25,997 nucleotides of DNA from Acutalibacteraceae bacterium (GTDB taxonomy: Bacteria; Bacillota; Clostridia; Oscillospirales; Acutalibacteraceae), in assembly GCA_045224775.1 (NCBI GenBank), contig JBGVAQ010000374.1, positions 1-25,997 on the forward strand. The letters run 5' to 3'. A model generated the notes under the pieces. The model did not search any database and was not told where the DNA came from. It saw nothing but the letters and a program-made list of their open reading frames with translations. This document shows, one piece after another, positions 16,560 through 25,733 of this stretch. Position 1 is the first letter of the stretch, and each line of letters opens with the position of its first letter. Both the position numbers and the translations under genes were made by a program.

Positions 16560-17699
16560 TCAGAACAGGAAAGATATATTATCATCAGCCGCAAGATTAT
16601 CAAGTGAATAAAGTATCAGTACTCCGTCAGCCTTTTCCTGCTGTGCAAGTGCCGATACATCCTTCTTGTAATAACGCAGATCAACCATTATTATCTCACT
16701 GTAATTCTGTGACAAAAACGGTGCGATTGCATGTGCGTATGAATCCTTTACTATTATAAGCTTTCCGCCCTTGGCATCACTGTTCTTTATCCTGACAAGA
16801 CTATGGTTTCCATCAAGATATACGGGATATTTGTCATCCTCATTGAGATGCTCCCTGAAGAAATAACTGTTTCCGTCTTTTTCCTCATCACCGTCATGTA
16901 TGCTTACGGAAACACTGCCGCTGCTCTGATCTTTATTTTTCCAAAGCTCTATCTTATCGGGCGATACCCACCACAAAGCACTTTTTGAATATGATGTTCC
17001 GTAAAATCCGTCAATTCTTTCCTTTTCAAAGTTTTCTTCGGGAACAGGCTCATATCCCAACTTTTCTCCTAAAAGCCTGTAACATTCGTATGCGCCTTTT
17101 GCTGTCCAGTGATGGTCAGTCCTGTAGTAAAGCTGTTCTGTCTTTGCCTTTTCCGAAAACTCAGACTTTACATCTGTAAAAGTTATATTCTCACCAAGCT
17201 GACTGCTGAATTTATCAATAAGCTCTCCGTCATTATACGGTTCATGGTTCAGCGGCAGCTTATCACTGTTAACATATCCCGATGACGGTATCAGCGACAT
17301 ATAAACAGGTACATCCGAACAGTCCGCAAATTCCTTTATATATCCTGCATTTTCTGATATCTTTTCTGTATCAGCCGTAGGCTTCGGGAAAAGATATCCT
17401 TCTTTGCCAAGGTATATCCCCTTTTTGCCGTTTCTGCCCGTTACAAGCTCATAATCGGCACTCAGTCCTACAAAGAAATTGCGTGCAGGAAGGTGGTCGG
17501 AAAGCCATGTATCAAGCCCTTCCTGAAATTTTCCGTCCATAATATTTTCTACGGTAACAGACGGAAAATCCGCAAGCATTTTCTTTTCCTGTGCAGAATA
17601 CTTCTGTTTCGGGATAACGAACAGAAGTATCATAAACGTAAAAATAAAAGCGCAGAAGATGAATGCAGGAAGATATTTTAATGCATTTTTTATTTTCAT
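16560..17699 (-). CDS. DHHW-family (AlgJ/AlgX/PatB1-like SGNH) putative O-acetyltransferase
   Basis: N-terminal TM anchor, YYRTDHHWTAKGAY, FYGTSYSK and IVKDSYAH. Confidence 0.88.
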   Translation of the reverse strand: MKIKNALKYLPAFIFCAFIFTFMILLFVIPKQKYSAQEKKMLADFPSVTVENIMDGKFQEGLDTWLSDHLPARNFFVGLSADYELVTGRNGKKGIYLGKEGYLFPKPTADTEKISENAGYIKEFADCSDVPVYMSLIPSSGYVNSDKLPLNHEPYNDGELIDKFSSQLGENITFTDVKSEFSEKAKTEQLYYRTDHHWTAKGAYECYRLLGEKLGYEPVPEENFEKERIDGFYGTSYSKSALWWVSPDKIELWKNKDQSSGSVSVSIHDGDEEKDGNSYFFREHLNEDDKYPVYLDGNHSLVRIKNSDAKGGKLIIVKDSYAHAIAPFLSQNYSEIIMVDLRYYKKDVSALAQQEKADGVLILYSLDNLAADDNISFLF

Positions 17700-17723
17700 T
17701 TTAACTCCTTTCCGCTTTCACCG

Positions 17724-19121
17724 TCAGAACTTGAAGTACAGGAACGGATTATACGAGCTGCTTACAAGAGCCGAAGTACAAAGCAGCAGTGATGTTATAC
17801 ATGCTCCGTTGTCTATGACAGCCAAAACAGCCTTGCTCTTTATCTTGTGATAAATAAACGTGAACAGCGGTGTTGAAACAACAGCCGCAATAACTATAAG
17901 CGGCAGATAGGATATAACAGACGCCTGCACACTCTGCGACATGGAAAAGCCGTCCGAGCCGAAAAGTCTTGCGATAAATCTGCCCATCTCGCCCATATCT
18001 TCAAAATAGAACAGTACCCATCCGAATACAACAAGTATCATGGCATAGATATGTCCTACAGCCGAGGGAAGCTTTTTGAGAAGCTTTAAAAGGAACGATT
18101 TCTCTATTACAAGAAGTACACCGAAATATACTCCCCAGAGAATAAAGTTCCAGCTTGCACCGTGCCACAGTCCTGTAAGAAACCATACAACACCTATATT
18201 TATTATCTGTCTTGCAAGACCGTGTCTGTTTCCGCCAAGAGGAATATACACATACTCCCTGAACCATGTTCCGAGGGAAATGTGCCATCTTCTCCAAAAC
18301 TCTGTTATACTTGCCGAAATATACGGATAATCGAAGTTTTTCATAAACTCGAATCCGAACATCTTTCCCAGACCTATAGCCATATCCGAATATCCGCTGA
18401 AATCGAAATATATCTGCAAGGTATAGGCTATTATTCCTACCCATGAACCCAATGCACCGCTTGCAGAACCGCTTTCTCTCACGGTATCCCATATCATTCC
18501 CATTTCATTGGCAATGAGTATCTTCTTTGAAAGACCTACAAGAAATATCCTGACACCGTCCGTAAACTGCTGTAAGCTCTCTTTACGGTTTACAAGCTGC
18601 TCCGCTACATCCTGATATCTTACTATCGGACCTGCTATAAGCTGCGGGAACAATGATACATACGTACCAAATGTTATGATATTCTTCTGTACCTTTACGG
18701 TATTGCGGTAAACATCTATCGTATAGGACATTGTCTGGAAAGTATAGAACGAAATACCGATAGGCAAAGATACCTTTAATATGGGTATATTCAGGAACGG
18801 CAGTATGAAATTCAGCGTTTCCCCGATAAAACCTACATATTTGAAGAAGCCTAAAAGTCCGATGTTAAGAACTATAGCCGTTATGAATATAAATTTTGAA
18901 ATGCCCTTTTTCTGTCGGTTTATACCTATAAGCACACCTGCAATATAGTTTATAAGTATGGACACGAGCATCAAAATGACGAGCATCGGCTCGCCCCATG
19001 AATAAAATACAAGGTCAACAATAAACAGTGTCACATTTCTGAATCTTTTCGGCGTTGCATAATACAGCAAAAGCACCAGCGGCAGAAACATGAAAAGAAA
19101 TATCAGACTTGAAAATATCAA
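17724..19121 (-). CDS. MBOAT-family O-acyltransferase (AlgI/PatA/DltB-like)
   Basis: LPIGISFYTFQ, FPQLIAGPIVRY, FDFSGYSDMAIG, FWRRWHISL and GLWHGASWNF (catalytic His). TTG start behind GGTGGTG. Confidence 0.95.
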   Translation of the reverse strand: MIFSSLIFLFMFLPLVLLLYYATPKRFRNVTLFIVDLVFYSWGEPMLVILMLVSILINYIAGVLIGINRQKKGISKFIFITAIVLNIGLLGFFKYVGFIGETLNFILPFLNIPILKVSLPIGISFYTFQTMSYTIDVYRNTVKVQKNIITFGTYVSLFPQLIAGPIVRYQDVAEQLVNRKESLQQFTDGVRIFLVGLSKKILIANEMGMIWDTVRESGSASGALGSWVGIIAYTLQIYFDFSGYSDMAIGLGKMFGFEFMKNFDYPYISASITEFWRRWHISLGTWFREYVYIPLGGNRHGLARQIINIGVVWFLTGLWHGASWNFILWGVYFGVLLVIEKSFLLKLLKKLPSAVGHIYAMILVVFGWVLFYFEDMGEMGRFIARLFGSDGFSMSQSVQASVISYLPLIVIAAVVSTPLFTFIYHKIKSKAVLAVIDNGACITSLLLCTSALVSSSYNPFLYFKF

Positions 19122-19150
19122 GCTAAAACACCACCAAATTTAATCATCTG

Positions 19151-19696
19151 TTATTTTATGCCTTCACTGAACATGCTCTTTATCTTTTCTGCATCTGCGG
19201 AGATAACAAGTGAAACATAAAGTCCGTTCTTCTCCACCTTTGCACTCTCGATATTCTTTACCTGCTCGGGACTGTAGTTCTTTATTACATTGTACTTTGA
19301 CTCCCAGTTTTTCTGGAGCTGTGCCTCTACCTGCTTTGCAGTATCGGCATTCTTTGCCTTTACATATACTATCTCGTCCTGTGTAAGACCGTCTGTGCAG
19401 TAAAGTCCTGCGAAATCATCCATCCAGTCCTCTTCTATACCGAAGGTTCTTTTCATCTTTGCTGCATTGAAATCAGATGTTTCAGCCGGCATCTTTACTT
19501 CTGCCTTTACCTTTTCAAGTATAGATTTAAGGTCTGAACCCGACTTGGAAGAATCCGACTCTGTTGATGCTTGTGAAGCTACAGACGCAGTTGAAGCTTT
19601 TGAAGCATCAGATGTTTTGCTGCTGTCATTTCCGCCGCATGCACAAAGTGTAAGTGCAAGTGCAGCCGCAGTTATTACTAAAAATATCTTTTTCAT
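19151..19696 (-). CDS. DUF4358-like lipoprotein
   Basis: Lipobox LCAC, Ser-rich linker, then DEIVYVKAK...YSPEQVKNIESAKVEKNGLYVSLVIS. This is the usual neighbour of MBOAT/DHHW genes in Clostridia. Confidence 0.7.
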   Translation of the reverse strand: MKKIFLVITAAALALTLCACGGNDSSKTSDASKASTASVASQASTESDSSKSGSDLKSILEKVKAEVKMPAETSDFNAAKMKRTFGIEEDWMDDFAGLYCTDGLTQDEIVYVKAKNADTAKQVEAQLQKNWESKYNVIKNYSPEQVKNIESAKVEKNGLYVSLVISADAEKIKSMFSEGIK

Positions 19697-19717
19697 TGTA
19701 TTCTTTCCTTTCCTTGA

Positions 19718-20866
19718 TCAAACATGGTTTTTAAGGTACTCTACCCACTGATAACAGCCTGCATCAGAAAAATGCAGTCCCATAGCTGTTGCATCACTGC
19801 AATATTCATATACAAGATTGCCGTATCCGTCACCTACTGCCGACGCTATATCAAGATAATGATATCCCATCTCATTACAGAAAGCCTCTGCCTTACTGTC
19901 AAATTCGGCTATTGTCGTATTATTGAGATATGTCAGCTGCATATTTTCAAGCATGGGTGTTACTGATTCAATATAGATATCCGCATCCGGACAATTATTC
20001 TGTATGCGCTGTGTTAGCTGTCTCATTCCGTCAACAGCACCGTCAACGCCGTAAAGTCCGATATCATTCATACCTAACATTATGAATATTTTGTTAGGGT
20101 TGACAAGTCTTGCACCTTCATCTACTGTAACCTTTTCACCGTTAAGTGTCGGGTGTACATTGTCGGGATGATAAAGATCCCACAAAGCATTGTTATATCC
20201 TAAACTGCCTGCACAAAGAAATTCCGCATTTCCCAGAGAACCGTTATCCGAATAGTACCACAGCTTTAGTGTTACACTATCGCCTATAAACAATGCATCG
20301 TCAAACCAATCTGATGAAACAGGTGAACCGCTTGCAGGCTGTTTCGGCTTGCTCGGCTGAGGTGCAGGCTTACTTGGCTCTTTACTTGGTTCTTTACTTG
20401 GCTCCTTGCTCGGTTCAACACTCGGTTCAGTGCTTGGCTCTGTACTCGGCTCTGTACTCGGCTCAACACTGGGTTCGGCACTTGGTTCAGTACTCGGCTC
20501 AACGCTTGATTCAACACTCGGTTCAGTGCTTGGCTCGACACTCGGCTCAATACTCGATTCAGCACTTGATTCGCTGCTGCTTTCAGTTTTACTTTCCTCT
20601 TTTGACTTTTCGTCAGCCTTACTGCTTTCCTTTTTGGAACTTTCAGGCTTTGAGGATTCCTTTTTTGAAGTCTGAACTTCTGAACTTTCAGTCTTTGATG
20701 TCTGTGAAGCATCTTCGGAAGTTACTTCTTCATTTGATGCCGCTTCGCTCTCTGTCACGGACTGCTTTGATGAAGTATCAGATGACTGTTCTTTTTTACC
20801 TGAAGTACATGCACACAGTGAGCATACAAGTACTGCGGCTATAAATACAGATATTATTCTTTTCAT
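19718..20866 (-). CDS. SGNH/GDSL-family lipoprotein with a long Ser/Glu/Pro-rich stalk
   Basis: Lipobox LCAC, FIGDSVT (block I), AGSLG (II), LGMND (III), AMGLH (V). ATG 20866 preferred over the GTG at 20881. Confidence 0.85.
   Translation of the reverse strand: MKRIISVFIAAVLVCSLCACTSGKKEQSSDTSSKQSVTESEAASNEEVTSEDASQTSKTESSEVQTSKKESSKPESSKKESSKADEKSKEESKTESSSESSAESSIEPSVEPSTEPSVESSVEPSTEPSAEPSVEPSTEPSTEPSTEPSVEPSKEPSKEPSKEPSKPAPQPSKPKQPASGSPVSSDWFDDALFIGDSVTLKLWYYSDNGSLGNAEFLCAGSLGYNNALWDLYHPDNVHPTLNGEKVTVDEGARLVNPNKIFIMLGMNDIGLYGVDGAVDGMRQLTQRIQNNCPDADIYIESVTPMLENMQLTYLNNTTIAEFDSKAEAFCNEMGYHYLDIASAVGDGYGNLVYEYCSDATAMGLHFSDAGCYQWVEYLKNHV
20369..20584 (-). repeat. Intragenic 12-bp tandem repeat, 18 units encoding E[P/S]Sx
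   Basis: [72 protein letters not shown]. Confidence 0.95.
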
Positions 20867-20877
20867 ATCAGACACAC

Positions 20878-21750
20878 TCACTTAACATTAGCTCTGAGAT
20901 AGTCTGCCCATTTCTGACAGCCGGCATCCGTAAAGTGCAAGCCCATTGCGTCAGGATTATCATCTGACGGCGGATCTCCGCAGTATTCATAAACAAGGTT
21001 GCCGTTTTCATCCGATACTGCCGAAGCTACATCAAGATATGTATAACCCTTTTCTTTGCATATAGGCTGTAATTTCTCATCAAATTCCTTGATAGTAGTA
21101 TTGTTAAGACCGCCGAGAGAGCTGTCTGCAACCATAGGTGTAACAGATTCGATATATATAGTCGCATCGGGACATTTTTCATGTATCTTATCGGTAAGCT
21201 CTATCATGCTGCTTACTGCACCGTCAACACCATAAAGTCCGATATCGTTCATGCCGAGCATTATGAATATCTTCTTTGAACCGAGAGCCTTTGCACCCTC
21301 ATCTACAGTAACTTTTTCACCGTTAAGTGTAGGATGTACATTATCCTCATGGTCAAGATCCCAGAGTGCATTTGTATAACCAAGACTTCCTGCACAAAGG
21401 AATTCCGCCTTGCCGAGATCGTCATGGTCTTCAACAAAATATGAAAGCTTGAGCGTTACACTGTCGCCTATGAAAACAGCGTCATCGAACCATGATGATT
21501 CTACAAGATCACCTTTCTTTTCGCTGTCACTTTCTTTTTTGCTTTCTTCCTTGCTCTCTTTTTCCTCTTTGCCTGAATCACTGCTTGCTTTGCTGTCATC
21601 ATTCTTTGATGTGTCAGATACTGCCGAAACAGTGCTTGCTTTGCTCTCCTTTTCTGACTCATTACTGTTCTGTGAAGCATTTCCCGAACAGCCGGTTATA
21701 AGTGCAGCAGTAAGTACTGCCGACACTATCAATAAAAATTTTGTTCTCAC
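20878..21750 (-). CDS. SGNH/GDSL-family lipoprotein, tandem paralogue of the downstream gene
   Basis: Lipobox ITGC, FIGDSVT, AGSLG, LGMND and DAMGLH. Long stretches are shared with the neighbour ([15 protein letters not shown]; [20 protein letters not shown]). GTG start at 21750 behind GGAGGT. Confidence 0.87.
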   Translation of the reverse strand: MRTKFLLIVSAVLTAALITGCSGNASQNSNESEKESKASTVSAVSDTSKNDDSKASSDSGKEEKESKEESKKESDSEKKGDLVESSWFDDAVFIGDSVTLKLSYFVEDHDDLGKAEFLCAGSLGYTNALWDLDHEDNVHPTLNGEKVTVDEGAKALGSKKIFIMLGMNDIGLYGVDGAVSSMIELTDKIHEKCPDATIYIESVTPMVADSSLGGLNNTTIKEFDEKLQPICKEKGYTYLDVASAVSDENGNLVYEYCGDPPSDDNPDAMGLHFTDAGCQKWADYLRANVK

Positions 21751-21801
21751 TTTTGTTACCTCCGATTTTAATAAATGCAAAAAATAAAGTCTTGCCTTAT
21801 A

Positions 21802-21830
21802 ATTTTAAACCAATATGAAAATATTGTCAA
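21802..21830 (-). promoter_or_regulatory. Sigma-A promoter of the O-acylation operon
   Basis: TTGACA-17 bp-TAAAAT on the minus strand. Confidence 0.8.
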
Positions 21831-21906
21831 CCCAAAAAACAAGGGTTTAATACACGTATAGTCATAATACGAACATGGCATCGCCCATTTTTACGGGCTA
21901 TATGAT

Positions 21907-21934
21907 AAAGCGGTACAAAATACTGCACCGCTTT
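21907..21934 (-). terminator. Hairpin / probable terminator after yafQ
   Basis: AAAGCGGTGCA/TGTACCGCTTT 11-bp stem right after the toxin stop; the U-tail is weak. Confidence 0.55.
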
Positions 21935-21935
21935 A

Positions 21936-22208
21936 CTAAAATAAATCGCTGTGTGTACCGGTTCTGGTCAAGGTCAGAATAAGTTCATCATCTGCAATTA
22001 TGTATATCAACAGCCAGTCCGGAGTAATATGACATTCACGGCAATCAGAATAATCACCTGATAACTGATGATCCTTATACTTTTGGGGAAGTTGCTCTTC
22101 ATTAGCCAGCATTTCAATTACTTTTTCCATCAATGAAATGTTATATCCCCGTTTTAGTATTCGCTTGAAGTCTTTTTTGAAAGTTGTTTCGTATTTAATC
22201 GTCAGCAT
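21936..22208 (-). CDS. yafQ: YafQ-family (RelE superfamily) mRNA interferase toxin
   Basis: FKKDFKR, YKDHQLSG, RECHITPDWLLIY and RTGTHSDLF motifs; overlaps the antitoxin by 14 nt. Confidence 0.93.
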   Translation of the reverse strand: MLTIKYETTFKKDFKRILKRGYNISLMEKVIEMLANEEQLPQKYKDHQLSGDYSDCRECHITPDWLLIYIIADDELILTLTRTGTHSDLF

Positions 22209-22467
22209 ACAGATCCTCCATAAGCTCCGAAACTGAATTGAATCCTTTGCTAAGCCCTATACCGTTTATTGCATTTTCTATTGCTCTTTTTGTAGCTTCG
22301 TTCGGAGCATCTGTTTTCAGCTCAAAAGGTATCCTCTGTTCTCTTACAACAGTTTTTGCAAAAATATTGAAAGCAGCACTTACTGATAAGCCGATCTCCT
22401 GACAGAACTTATCAAACGCAATCTTTGTAGCCTCATCCATCCTTATATTCACATTAGTCTGTCCCAT
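22195..22467 (-). CDS. dinJ: RelB/DinJ-family antitoxin
   Basis: RHH N-terminus NVNIRMDEATK...GLSVSAAFNIF, RIPFEL, PNEATKRAI and FNSVSELMEDL; RBS AAGGAGG. Confidence 0.9.
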   Translation of the reverse strand: MGQTNVNIRMDEATKIAFDKFCQEIGLSVSAAFNIFAKTVVREQRIPFELKTDAPNEATKRAIENAINGIGLSKGFNSVSELMEDLYADD

Positions 22468-22496
22468 AACAATACCTCCTTATCTATTCTAAAATT

Positions 22497-22525
22497 ATTA
22501 TAAGCAATTATCTATCATTTGTCAA
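22497..22525 (-). promoter_or_regulatory. Consensus sigma-A promoter of dinJ-yafQ
   Basis: TTGACA-17 bp-TATAAT on the minus strand (perfect consensus). Confidence 0.9.
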
Positions 22526-22552
22526 TATATTAATATCGATATAATATACAAA

Positions 22553-23578
22553 TCATAGAATTAACATTGCATCGCCAAAACTGAAAAATCTGTATCTTTC
22601 CTCTACGGCTGTTTTATATGCATTCATTACATTATCAAAGCCTGCAAATGCCGAAACAAGCATTATCAGTGTACTTTCGGGAAGATGAAAATTCGTTATA
22701 AGCCCGTCAAGCACTTCAAATTTAAAACCCGGATATATGAAAATATCCGTCCAGCCTTCACTGGCACGAATGCAGCCTTCTTTTTTAGCAACAGTTTCAA
22801 GTGTGCGGCAGCTTGTTGTTCCTACGGATATTACCCTGCCGCCGTTTTTCTTGGTTTCGTTTATAAGCCTTGCGGTTTCTTCCGGAAGTTCATAATGCTC
22901 CGAGTGCATCTTGTGATTTGTCACATCATCTACCTTTACCGGACGGAATGTGCCAAGTCCGACATGAAGCGTTACAAATCCGATCTTTACTCCCTTTTCC
23001 TCTGCCTTTTTCAAAAGTTCCTTTGTAAAATGAAGTCCGGCTGTCGGTGCTGCCGCAGAACCAAGCTCACGGCTATATACTGTCTGGTAACGCTCACGGT
23101 CTTTCAGCTTTTCGTGTATATACGGCGGAAGCGGCATCTGACCTAATTTATCAAGTGCCTCGTAAAAGTTTCCCTCACATTCAAAATCTATTATTCTGTT
23201 TCCGTCCTCTGTGACATCCGCAACAGTACATCTCATTATCCCGTCACCGAAAACAAAGCTTGTTCCCTGCTTTGCCTTTCTGCCGGGCTTTGCAAGAGCC
23301 TCCCATCTTTTGCTCTCTATATGTCTGAGCAGAAGAAATTCAACGTTTGCTCCCGTATCCTCCTTTGTTCCGTATATTCTTGCCGGAAGTACTCTCGAAT
23401 CATTGAGTATAAGACAATCTCCCTCTCTGAGATAGTCAAGTATATCATAAAAATGTCTGTGTTCAAGTCTGCCGCTTTTTCTGTCCATTACAAGAAGACG
23501 TGAACTGTCTCTCGGTTCAACCGGTGTCTGAGCGATAAGCTCCTCCGGAAGATCATAGTAAAAATCACTTGTTTTCAT
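22553..23578 (-). CDS. queA: S-adenosylmethionine:tRNA ribosyltransferase-isomerase
   Basis: [63 protein letters not shown] and [10 protein letters not shown] motifs. Confidence 0.98.
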   Translation of the reverse strand: MKTSDFYYDLPEELIAQTPVEPRDSSRLLVMDRKSGRLEHRHFYDILDYLREGDCLILNDSRVLPARIYGTKEDTGANVEFLLLRHIESKRWEALAKPGRKAKQGTSFVFGDGIMRCTVADVTEDGNRIIDFECEGNFYEALDKLGQMPLPPYIHEKLKDRERYQTVYSRELGSAAAPTAGLHFTKELLKKAEEKGVKIGFVTLHVGLGTFRPVKVDDVTNHKMHSEHYELPEETARLINETKKNGGRVISVGTTSCRTLETVAKKEGCIRASEGWTDIFIYPGFKFEVLDGLITNFHLPESTLIMLVSAFAGFDNVMNAYKTAVEERYRFFSFGDAMLIL

Positions 23579-23611
23579 TCTTTCCCTTACCTTTCTCTGA
23601 AAATCACATCT

Positions 23612-23639
23612 ATTATACTACATAACAGAAAAATTTCAA
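23612..23639 (-). promoter_or_regulatory. Putative queA promoter
   Basis: TTGAAA-16 bp-TATAAT on the minus strand. Confidence 0.6.
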
Positions 23640-23654
23640 GCTTATTTTAAACAC

Positions 23655-23687
23655 AAAAACAGGTACGGCAGTATATACCGTACCTGT
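23655..23687 (-). terminator. Intrinsic terminator after pckA
   Basis: Perfect 10-bp stem ACAGGTACGG/CCGTACCTGT with a T-tract on the minus strand. Confidence 0.85.
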
Positions 23688-23713
23688 AAAAAGTCATATA
23701 TTATTCAGAAGAA

Positions 23714-25330
23714 TTATTCTGCATGAGGGCCTGCTGCTACAAGAGCCTTGCCTGCCTCATTTGTTTCATACTTCTTGAAGTTCTTTACAAATCTCTCTGC
23801 GAGATCCTTAGCCTTTGCATCCCATTCTGCTGCATCTGCATAAGTATCTCTCGGATCGAGAATACCTGTGTCAACGCCCGGAAGCTCTGTCGGTACTTCA
23901 AAATCAAAGTACGGGATCTTCTTTGTGGGAGCATTTTTGATATCGCCGTTGAGGATAGCATCTATGATACCTCTTGTATCCTTGATTGTTATTCTCTTGC
24001 CTGTGCCGTTCCAGCCTGTGTTAACGAGGTATGCCTTAGCACCGCTCTTTTCCATTCTCTTTACAAGCTCCTCAGCATACTTTGTCGGATGAAGCTCAAG
24101 GAATGCCTGACCGAAGCAAGCCGAGAATGTAGGTGTAGGCTCTGTTATTCCACGTTCTGTTCCTGCAAGCTTTGCTGTGAAGCCTGAGAGGAAGTAATAC
24201 TGTGTCTGCTCAGGTGTAAGAATTGATACAGGCGGAAGTACGCCGAATGCATCTGCTGAAAGGAAGATAACATTATCTGCTGCAGGGCCTGATGAGATCT
24301 TGTTTACATTCTTTACAATCTTCCCGATATGCTCGATAGGATAAGATACTCGTGTGTTCTCTGTAACGCTCTTGTCGTCAAAGTCGATCTTGCCATTTTC
24401 GTCAACTGTTACGTTCTCAAGGAGAGCATTCTTTCTGATAGCGTTGTATATGTCAGGCTCGCTGTCCTTATCAAGACCGATTACCTTTGCATAGCAGCCG
24501 CCCTCAAAATTGAACACGCCGTTATCGTCCCAGCCGTGCTCGTCGTCGCCGATGAGAAGACGCTTAGGATCTGTTGAAAGTGTTGTCTTGCCTGTACCTG
24601 AAAGACCGAAGAATATAGCTGTGTTCTTACCGTCCATATTTGTATTTGCCGAACAGTGCATTGAAGCTATACCCTGAAGCGGGAGAAAGTAGTTCATCAT
24701 TGAGAACATGCCCTTCTTCATCTCGCCGCCGTACCATGTGTTGAGAATTACCTGCTCACGGCTTGATACGTTGAAGAGTACTGCTGTTTCGGAATTAAGA
24801 CCAAGCTCCTTGTAGTTCTCTACCTTAGCCTTTGAAGCTGTGTAAACAACGAAGTTAGGCTCAAAACTTGCAAGCTCTTCATCTGTCGGGATGATGAACA
24901 TATTCTTTACGAAGTGAGCCTGCCAAGCAACCTCCATGATGAAACGTACAGACATGCGTGTATCCTTGTTAGCACCGCAGAATGCGTCTACAACATACAG
25001 CTTTTTGCCTGAAAGCTCATTAAGAGCAAGCTTTTTGCATGTTTCCCATGCTTCCTGAGAAGCGGGATGGTTGTCGTTGGGATATTCGGGAGTTGTCCAC
25101 CATACAGTATCCTTTGATTTATCATCCATAACGATGAACTTATCCTTAGGTGAACGACCTGTGTAGATACCTGTCATAACATTAACTGCGCCAAGCTCAG
25201 TTACCTGACCTTTTTCATAGCCTTCAAGAGAAGGATCTGTTTCATCCTTGAAAAGCTGGTCAAAGGAAGGATTGTAAACAATCTCCTTGACATCGTTAAT
25301 GCCGTATTTGCTCATATCTAATGTTGCCAT
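23714..25330 (-). CDS. pckA: Phosphoenolpyruvate carboxykinase (ATP)
   Basis: [72 protein letters not shown] and YLVNTGW motifs. Confidence 0.98.
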   Translation of the reverse strand: MATLDMSKYGINDVKEIVYNPSFDQLFKDETDPSLEGYEKGQVTELGAVNVMTGIYTGRSPKDKFIVMDDKSKDTVWWTTPEYPNDNHPASQEAWETCKKLALNELSGKKLYVVDAFCGANKDTRMSVRFIMEVAWQAHFVKNMFIIPTDEELASFEPNFVVYTASKAKVENYKELGLNSETAVLFNVSSREQVILNTWYGGEMKKGMFSMMNYFLPLQGIASMHCSANTNMDGKNTAIFFGLSGTGKTTLSTDPKRLLIGDDEHGWDDNGVFNFEGGCYAKVIGLDKDSEPDIYNAIRKNALLENVTVDENGKIDFDDKSVTENTRVSYPIEHIGKIVKNVNKISSGPAADNVIFLSADAFGVLPPVSILTPEQTQYYFLSGFTAKLAGTERGITEPTPTFSACFGQAFLELHPTKYAEELVKRMEKSGAKAYLVNTGWNGTGKRITIKDTRGIIDAILNGDIKNAPTKKIPYFDFEVPTELPGVDTGILDPRDTYADAAEWDAKAKDLAERFVKNFKKYETNEAGKALVAAGPHAE

Positions 25331-25364
25331 AAGATTAACCCCTTTTCTTTAATTTAACACATAT

Positions 25365-25394
25365 ATAATACACTAATTTTGATGTGGTTGTCAA
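25365..25394 (-). promoter_or_regulatory. Putative pckA promoter
   Basis: TTGACA-18 bp-TATTAT on the minus strand. Confidence 0.6.
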
Positions 25395-25641
25395 TACAGC
25401 TTGCAAAATAACATGACAGAATTATAGCTTTGTATAAACAAAACACCGTGTATCCAACAATTTTTATAGTATTTTTTCATAAACACTACAAAAAACAACA
25501 TTATTTCTTCTTCATTTTTCTACACCATGATAAATATATAAAAAACGGTAAATTTTTTGAATGAATAATATCATCCCGAAAATTTCAGAAACCAACTATG
25601 TCAATGTTCAATGTTAAATTTATATTCAGATATATAAAAAT

Positions 25642-25679
25642 AAAAATTCCTCGTAGGAACTTACGTTCCTGACGAGGAA
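25642..25679 (-). terminator. Intrinsic terminator after the right-edge ORF
   Basis: TTCCTCGT-AGGAAC-TTAC-GTTCCT-G-ACGAGGAA (14 bp with one bulge) and a T-tract on the minus strand. Confidence 0.8.
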
Positions 25680-25702
25680 AAAATAATTTTTGTTTTTCAA
25701 TT

Positions 25703-25730
25703 ACATTGTACATTGCACATTGTACATTGT
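25703..25730. repeat. Heptamer tandem repeat, 4 copies, just after a stop codon
   Basis: ACATTGT ACATTGC ACATTGT ACATTGT. Confidence 0.92.
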
Positions 25731-25733
25731 TTT

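Noticed and set aside
18001-18492. 163-aa alternative-frame ORF inside the MBOAT gene
   Set aside because: It is fully nested in a conserved gene, with no recognisable motif or RBS.
20369-20584. Tandem repeat considered as a CRISPR array
   Set aside because: It has a 12-bp period with no spacers, is in frame within a CDS, and there are no cas genes.
20284-20844. Alternative-frame and antisense ORFs over the SGNH stalk (20284-20712 -, 20293-20844 +, 20406-20675 +)
   Set aside because: They are by-products of the stop-free 12-bp repeat, have no RBS, and lie inside a well-supported gene.
781-24577. Numerous 60-190 aa plus-strand ORFs opposite long minus-strand genes (e.g. 6109-6516, 10615-11184, 16286-16759, 22685-23146, 23723-24187)
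   Set aside because: They are antisense shadows of codon bias, with no family motifs, RBS or promoters.
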